Virus record (IMG/VR): IMGVR_UViG_2684622674_000004
Span: 30,769-94,768 of that record
From: a virus
Taxonomy: Duplodnaviria; Caudoviricetes
Length of the DNA: 64,000 nt
Direction: 5' to 3' (one strand)
The notes below the pieces were generated by a model, which saw only the letters and a list, made by a program, of their open reading frames with translations, was not told the origin of the DNA and did not search any database. This document shows, one piece after another, positions 59,101 to 64,000 of the stretch. The translations under genes were made by a program, and so were the position numbers. Numbering within the stretch: position 1 is the stretch's first letter; every line of letters starts with the position of its first letter.

Positions 59101-59226
59101 ATCCCAATCAGGATCGTCAGGTATTACATCACCTGTAAAACCGATGTCAGCATAAGAAGTTGTGGTGTTAATCGCAGATATAATAGTTAAGGCGATACAA
59201 GATAATTTGTAGTTAAATAATTTCAT
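56137..59226 (-). CDS. Type Va autotransporter (AIDA/pertactin-like) with repetitive passenger
   Basis: Signal peptide; ~50-aa G.G.L.I..GG.V...G.V.V.G..S.W repeats; TDKL.V.G, AGAYDY.L; Pro-rich linker; barrel ending VKYNF. Confidence 0.93.
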   Translation of the reverse strand: MKLFNYKLSCIALTIISAINTTTSYADIGFTGDVIPDDPDWDIPGVIIVGNTSFGAMKIFNGGPLNSGNGGTLTSGNVAAGLWSYIGYSSTATGEVVITGSDSKWINNGVLFVGYNGNGTLQISDGGVVNNPVNATHVGFGVGAVGYLEVSGTGSQLTNGGELRIGGENDSNGMMRITDGAVVTNQNNADIAYRPGSTGSVEVTGLGSIWNAGNRMFIGHEGDGSLKITNGGIVTTATKASVAAGTTSTGYVEVSGAGSRWQVGTLLDIGTNGPATMVVSDGGVVASQSGNINDSIGVVEITGTDSRWDNAETLQIGSFYASVGSNSTLNITNGGVVTDSFGYVGAGKDATGQVNISGTDSSWQNSNSLVIGNNGNGSVVVSDGGNLSSSGSYVGYAAGSKGDVLVTGVNSNWVNTGDISFGEFGGNASLTINNSGTVQTDNLIIAKDATSTGVLNIGSAANYTASSAGYINTPLITLGSGDSSIVFNHIDTDYQFNSAIAGSGKVAVYSGMTVLNGVNTYSGTTTVNAGTLKAGAASSFSTASEYIVETAGELDLAGFDQTLNSLSNSGTVSLNGAPGTILTVSGDYIGNDGLLNFNSALNNDASVTDKLVVNGNTAGTTHVAVTNLGGSGATTLNGIELIKVNGLSNGEFVKQGRIVAGAYDYSLARGVGTNASNWYLTSLSNLPVDPENPVAPENPTGPGEETKRPEAGSYTANLAAANTMFVTRLHDRLGETQYIDALTGEKKVTSMWLRNEGGHNRSRDTSGQLSTQANRYVMQLGGDIAQWSNNGMDRFHLGVMAGYGNSKNTTVSQVSGYNAKGTTDGYSTGVYGTWYANDADKSGLYVDSWAQYSWFDNTVEGQDLASEEYKSKGVTASVESGYTFKVGENAAKNATYFIQPKAQVTWMGVKADEHKEANGTNVSGEGDGNIQTRLGVKAFINGYADQDKGKDRVFQPFVEANWVHNTKDFGTNMDGVTVKQDGAANIAEVKVGVEGQINKQVNLWGNVGQQIGNKGYSDTAVMLGVKYNF

Positions 59227-59687
59227 TTTAAGTAATAATCCTGATGTTAATATGATAAAAAGAATGAATTTATTAATATGAATTCTCGTTTACTTTTTAA
59301 AATACACATGAGCATCAAACTTATTACTACAACGATAATTCATGAACTCACAATAACGTGATCTAGGTCAAAAAATAATCAGACACCAGGGTTTGTTTTG
59401 TAGGAATTTTCCTGTTTTTCGTTTAAGTATCTAAATTTCCGCATCCAAATAATCAGTTTAAAATAATATTTATATTAATAATTGTATTAAGTTTTCATCA
59501 ATGTGGTTGGCATCATAGAACAGATTCATTGCTCCACAAATACTGGGGATTTATCAGGGCAGCATGGCCGGATGTCACCGGCCGTATGAAAAGTGCTATA
59601 GCTGAAATCAGTAATCTGTTTACCTTTGTTTTAACTATTCAGTCTCCCTCTAATTGTGCATCATTCTATACTCAGCAATTTCCCTAT

Positions 59688-59939
59688 CTAAGTGGGCTTT
59701 CTCTCACGACGTATTACTTTTGGCATTTTTTGTATCCATTCATCAACCAATTCACGGTTGTAGAAGCAAGCCGCTGTTTCGTGAGGGATTCCATTCCCTG
59801 AGACGTGTTTGTACTCGCGCCCCTCCATCCACGAAGTATCTCTAGCATATTTAATGGTATTTTTCTTTAAGCCAGTTATAGCCATCAATACTGATTCCGA
59901 AACCCAACGTGACGGTACTAACTGAATAATGTTATCCAT
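59688..59939 (-). CDS. Putative excisionase (DUF1233-like)
   Basis: IQL.P..WV.E..L...TGL....I..AR..SWMEGREY.H..., YN...VD.WI. Confidence 0.8.
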   Translation of the reverse strand: MDNIIQLVPSRWVSESVLMAITGLKKNTIKYARDTSWMEGREYKHVSGNGIPHETAACFYNRELVDEWIQKMPKVIRRERKPT

Positions 59940-60131
59940 AACTATGTTGCCTCTTAATTTTCTCTGACAAACGATTTTTGTGAACATCTTTTATAGTTTA
60001 CACATAGAGGATATTAATAAAGTTGGTATTGGGTTCTTTTTAGTCAATTAGATGAGTAATAAACAGTAACACATTGAAGATTAACAGTTATTTTTGATTA
60101 TCTTCAGGTTGAAGGAAGTTCAACAAGCTAT

Positions 60132-60244
60132 TGAACCGACTTTATAGAGAGATGAACCTACCGTGGGTCGGTTCAATTTAAAATTAATTTATCTTATATA
60201 TCAAATAAATGCGACCGTGAACCGACTGAACCTACCGAACCGAC
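60132..60244. repeat. Iteron cluster 2 (TGAACCGAC/TGAACCTAC)
   Basis: 9-mers at 60132, 60153, 60167 (reverse), 60218, 60227, 60236 around an AT-rich core. Confidence 0.85.
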
Positions 60245-60511
60245 CACTTTCTGGTTATATATAGAGAAATTTTATTTGCGATTATGAATCCATAATCAAC
60301 TGTTAAATTGATGGTCAAATAATAACCAGTAAAGTGAAGTGCGATGATATTAAATCATTTTGATAGCAAATATTGTCTTTCACGATTCTTGGTAGTTTCT
60401 TCGCACAGGTTTGGGGAAGGAAAATTATTTGGGGGTATCGTTGGGGGTATCTTTAAAATTGAACTTGGTTAATATCTTTATTTAACAGTGTATTGATAGT
60501 TTAATTTTACT

Positions 60512-60528
60512 CCTGTAGGGCGTACCAT
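60512..60528 (+). repeat. attR core of element 2
   Basis: CCTGTAGGGCGTACCAT, identical to 22068-22084; TGGGGGTA arm-type pair at 60430 and 60442. Confidence 0.9.
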
Positions 60529-60602
60529 TAAAATCAATGAGTTACCCTCTATTTACCCCCTAATTATCAGCAACCTTTTTCAAAAGTGCCAGATTAGTGA
60601 CA

Positions 60603-60989
60603 TTAATCCCCCATTACCTCATCAATTTTACTCGCATGCTCAGTTAAATGGTTTGGTGACAAGTGTGCATACCTCTGTACCATTTCGATTGATTCCCACC
60701 CGCCCATTTCCTGCAAAACGGTAAGCGGAACTCCAGCCTGAACTAACCAACTTGCCCATGTGTGTCGAAGGTCGTGAAAGCGGAAGTTATCGATTCCAGA
60801 CCTCTTTAATGCAAGTCTCCATGCCGTGTTACCATCAACGCGCATTTTCCTCACTGCTGCCTATTTTTCCCCGCTGAATATTGGGCTTTCTTTTCGATGA
60901 ACAAACACCCATTTTTTGTGGTGGCCGATCTGGTCTAGTAATAACCGGCATTCGGTGTCGTTGAGAGCGACGCCGATTGCCTGGCTAGA
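60603..60989 (-). pseudogene. P22/DLP12-type integrase remnant
   Basis: AIGVALNDT...QIG.H.KWVFVH, in-frame TAG at 60861-60863, then [20 protein letters not shown]...YAHL; N-terminus missing. Confidence 0.88.
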
Positions 60990-61212
60990 TTACTTTCCTC
61001 TAAGCACCGCTGCCAGAATCATGAATAGCTGCGGAGTTGGTGGCGAGAAGAGCCGCATTGAGTCTGAACGAATTCAATTGCAGGAATCATCCCAAGGTGA
61101 CTAAAAGGCGATAAAGCAGCATGACTCTTTGAAATCAAGGAAACCAAGGACGAGAGCCACTTTCACAACGGCTCTCTTGATATCATTGAAAATTAATAAT
61201 CCTTACGGATAT

Positions 61213-61533
61213 TTATACGCACTGGAAGGTAAGTCGAGCAACGCCATTAACGAGTAAATGAGTATCTATATCAGTTTTCACTTCTTTCATGGCTTTATTT
61301 TGTGTCCTACAAAAATCTGACGCTTTTTTGCTGGCTGTGCCAATAGCACCTTTAATTCGACCTGCAGCAGGGGCAGCCTCAACTTCTGTGAAGTAGTCGC
61401 CGTTATCTAGCTTTTTGATATCTGACTGATATGTCAAGCCTATGCCGTGAAGCTGTGTTTTGTCATTTTGTACGGCACATCCACTTAAAATGGCACTGAA
61501 TATAACGGTTGCTGCAATGATTGAAATTTTCAA
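61213..61533 (-). CDS. Lipoprotein
   Basis: ILSGC lipobox; A..FC and F.C cysteine pair. Confidence 0.78.
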   Translation of the reverse strand: MKISIIAATVIFSAILSGCAVQNDKTQLHGIGLTYQSDIKKLDNGDYFTEVEAAPAAGRIKGAIGTASKKASDFCRTQNKAMKEVKTDIDTHLLVNGVARLTFQCV

Positions 61534-61914
61534 ATGAAAAGGTTCCTTTATATGTCTAGTTGGACTTTATTTTACAATAAGTGATGAAACAATAATTAAA
61601 CCAATGATAATTTACTAATTGGCTATCTTTTTTTGCATTGAAATTTATGGTTTTTTTCAGGTTAAGGTATAGGTTAATCAGCGCATCGAGCTGTCTTGAT
61701 GTATCGGCGTGTAATCTTTATCAGTTGCAGACGGCATAAATGTAATGTATTACCAATGAAAATAATTATTATTATCAATAGTGGTTAAACAAACCAACTT
61801 ATTTGATTGATTAGTGGACGTGATGAATTAATGATTAGGGTGGCTATTGCAAGTTACTAAAGCAATAGCCGAATCGTCCGTCACTTTAGGCGGTTAATCA
61901 TGGAGGAAGTTACG

Positions 61915-62100
61915 ATGAAAGATATGTTAAAAGGCTTACTGTTAGTTGGTGTTATGTCGGTATCTGCGGGTGCTATGGCTGAAGAATGCAATCCATCCAG
62001 CAAGTGGTGGCCGTATTGTAATGATCCCGCAACGGGGCCAGATGTCGGTACTCCAGAACATGAACACTGCCAAGCTAACGGTGGATGCACAAATAATTAA
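61915..62100 (+). CDS. Small exported four-cysteine peptide
   Basis: GGAGG RBS, signal peptide ending AMA, terminator at 62160-62181. Confidence 0.7.
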   Translation: MKDMLKGLLLVGVMSVSAGAMAEECNPSSKWWPYCNDPATGPDVGTPEHEHCQANGGCTNN

Positions 62101-62420
62101 ATAGTACGAAGATTCCCTATATCGGGCGTCACATGTTATTTATTAAATATTATTATCAAGCCGCCTACGGGCGGTTTTTTTATTATCAAGTTTAGCGCCA
62201 TCATCTGGATTCCTCACACTTCTTTCTTAAGTCATCAACAGCAGCTTGCGGCATTGGTGCTGTCATCATTACGCGGTACTGCATGCACTCCTTCGTTTCT
62301 TCATGCTTGCTTGGGGTAGCGCAGCTAACGGTAGACAGTGCGACGGTGATAATTATCGGGCGTAACAGTTCCATGAGCCAATCTCCTCTGAGTGAAAACA
62401 GAGTTTAACAGATGGCTGAC

Positions 62421-62669
62421 ATGACATTGGCTGAAATGGAACGAGAGTTGATAGTTGAGCGAACTCTCGCAGGTTTGGCTGCTGCCAGAGCCGAGGGGCG
62501 AATAGGAGGGTATCGCTGAAAGATGGCGCATGAAGTTATTGAACGGGCTAGGCGCATGCTTGCCAATGGCACTAGCTTGCATCAAGTCGCCTTAGTGCTG
62601 GAGGTATCAACTAAAACGATTTACAAATACATTCCTGCCGAAGATCGCCTTGCCCTGATATCAGCCTAA
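62421..62669 (+). pseudogene. Serine invertase/resolvase (Hin/Pin-like) C-terminal remnant
   Basis: LAEMERELIVERT.AGLAAARA.GRIGG, in-frame TGA at 62517, HTH ending VS.KTIYKY.P. Confidence 0.85.
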
Positions 62670-62703
62670 CCAACCGTGACCGGGCTTAATTTCCCAGCCT
62701 ATT

Positions 62704-63140
62704 TCAATCGTACAACCAGCGCCCAGCTTTGGCAGATTCTATTATCATTCCAACCGTAAGCGGTTTTTTCTCACGCGCTGGGGGGTTCTTTTGCCAAAAG
62801 GCGTATTGACACTCGAAATAGTTCTCGGCATCGAAGTTTGAAAAATCGATATTAAAATGTGTGAATACATCCGAAAGCATATCGTCTATGACCATAACCA
62901 ATCCAAGGGATGTAACGCCCTACGAGTGAACCAATTTTGTTCGTTGGTTGCATTCGATTCCCAGCGGGTGTTAACAGTCGCTTGCCATTCGGGAAACGCA
63001 TATCGTTGAATACTATGCGTGACAGCATGGAAGCTACGCTGGTACCTCTTTTCGCCCCGATGGATTTTCCGGGGGGTGATCACTATCGCCAACTGCCGAC
63101 CTCTAAGGCCAAACCCCCATCCAGATTAGTTATTACAGCC
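62704..63140 (-). pseudogene. Decayed STM2901-like / DUF1493 gene pair
   Basis: C-terminal PLTV.M..ESAKAGRWLYD; upstream fragment GA.RGTSVAS..SR...TN.IG..VGRYIP.IG in another frame. Confidence 0.55.
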
Positions 63141-63343
63141 AGTTGAGTCTCCATCAATATAATGGTGGGCTGATGTTCAATGAATCAGAATGATTATTTT
63201 GGGAAAACTCTAAAACCGTGGCCCGTTTTTGTTGACCACTACAAGGGATACCTATTGTAAAAATCGGATTTTCTGTTGTCTGCTCGTTTTTTGCTCAAAC
63301 CACACTCAAATCAACTAAAGTTAATACAGGCATTGCACTGACT

Positions 63344-64000
63344 GTGGAGCCTACTATGTACCATAAAATCAATGGCAGTGAATACCGACGTATTTTTGTT
63401 GTCGGTGATATTCATGGCTGCTATAAAAAACTGATGGATGCTTTGGAGCGTGTGCAGTTTGAGCGCGCGGTTGATTTACTGGTCTCTGTCGGGGATTTAG
63501 CGGATCGCGGCCCACAGAATATTGAATGTTATGAACTAATCAATGCCAATTGGTTTCGTGCTGTCCGTGGCAATCATGAGCAAATGGCGATTGAGGTGCT
63601 GGCAGGGGGCGAAGTTGATACTTGGATGGCAAATGGCGGGCGCTGGTTTTTCTTACTGGATGACAGCAAGAGATCTCAAGTTGAAGAGCTTATTAAGCGG
63701 GCTGGGCAGTTGCCGCTAGTGCTAGAAATTACGACTGAGCGCGGCAAATATGTTATCGCCCATGCAGATTATCCTTCGGATGAATATGTGTACGGCAGAC
63801 CTATCAGTGAGCATTTAGTAGTATGGAACCGCAAGCGCCTTAATGCTGCCATGAAGGGGGAGAGCGAGGAAATTACGGGCGCAGATAAATTTATTTTCGG
63901 CCATACGCCACTGGTAAAACCATTGCTGTTTAAAAATCAACTTTATATCGATACCGGTGCGGTGTTTGGTAATACGCTCACCCTGATTCAGATTCAATAA
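63344..64000 (+). CDS. Ser/Thr protein phosphatase (PphA/NinI-like metallophosphoesterase)
   Basis: GDIHG, GDL.DRG, RGNHE, GHTP, IDTGA motifs. Confidence 0.92.
   Translation: MEPTMYHKINGSEYRRIFVVGDIHGCYKKLMDALERVQFERAVDLLVSVGDLADRGPQNIECYELINANWFRAVRGNHEQMAIEVLAGGEVDTWMANGGRWFFLLDDSKRSQVEELIKRAGQLPLVLEITTERGKYVIAHADYPSDEYVYGRPISEHLVVWNRKRLNAAMKGESEEITGADKFIFGHTPLVKPLLFKNQLYIDTGAVFGNTLTLIQIQ

Larger units (their letters stand above)
22068..60528 (+). mobile_element. Element 2: P4/PICI-like integrative element carrying a complete SfV-like virion and lysis operon
   Basis: 17-bp direct repeat CCTGTAGGGCGTACCAT at 22068-22084 and 60512-60528; P4-type integrase next to the left copy. Confidence 0.92.

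Noticed and set aside
1146-59845. Numerous alternative-frame and antisense ORFs in the track (e.g. 1291-1671, 6865-7296, 37077-37826, 49065-49628)
   Set aside because: They shadow well-supported genes and lack RBS or recognisable motifs
60990-61180. Coding gene 60916-61104
   Set aside because: Appears to be fused debris of the integrase remnant and possibly a lysis-region fragment; no credible start or family
1-64000. IS elements, rRNA or recognisable named defence systems
   Set aside because: No transposase, rRNA or known defence-family motifs recognised; unknown morons could still be defensive

Overview
The window is almost entirely mobile DNA from an enterobacterium; the gene content suggests Yersiniaceae, but this is inferred. 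Three elements are stacked at one tRNA-Arg(UCU) site. (1) 1-22083 is the late half of a lambdoid siphoprophage. It has an Ig-decorated capsid and tail tube, a lambda-type M-L-K-I-J tail tip interrupted by a repressor/Arc/antirepressor cassette and morons, and it ends at the 3' half of the tRNA (attR). (2) 22068-60528 is a ~38.5 kb element bounded by a 17-bp direct repeat. Its early region is P4/PICI-satellite-like (P4-type integrase, AlpA, Icd-like, ORF6N, primase-DUF927 helicase, TGAACCGAC iteron clusters near both ends). It also carries a complete SfV-like late operon (Q, lysis, HK97-type head, Mu-like contractile tail) and an autotransporter. (3) 60529-~63150 is a decayed older prophage (P22/DLP12-type integrase and invertase pseudogenes), followed by a PphA-like phosphatase gene. 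The most unusual signal is a ~700-bp array of back-to-back, mutually different palindromes plus IHF-consensus sites at 25776-26490. These resemble the palindromes embedded in the coding sequences of the BRO-N, KilA-N and ORF6N antirepressor genes in this same window, which suggests an undescribed decoy or sensor array. Family assignments come from motif recognition and synteny, not from database searches.
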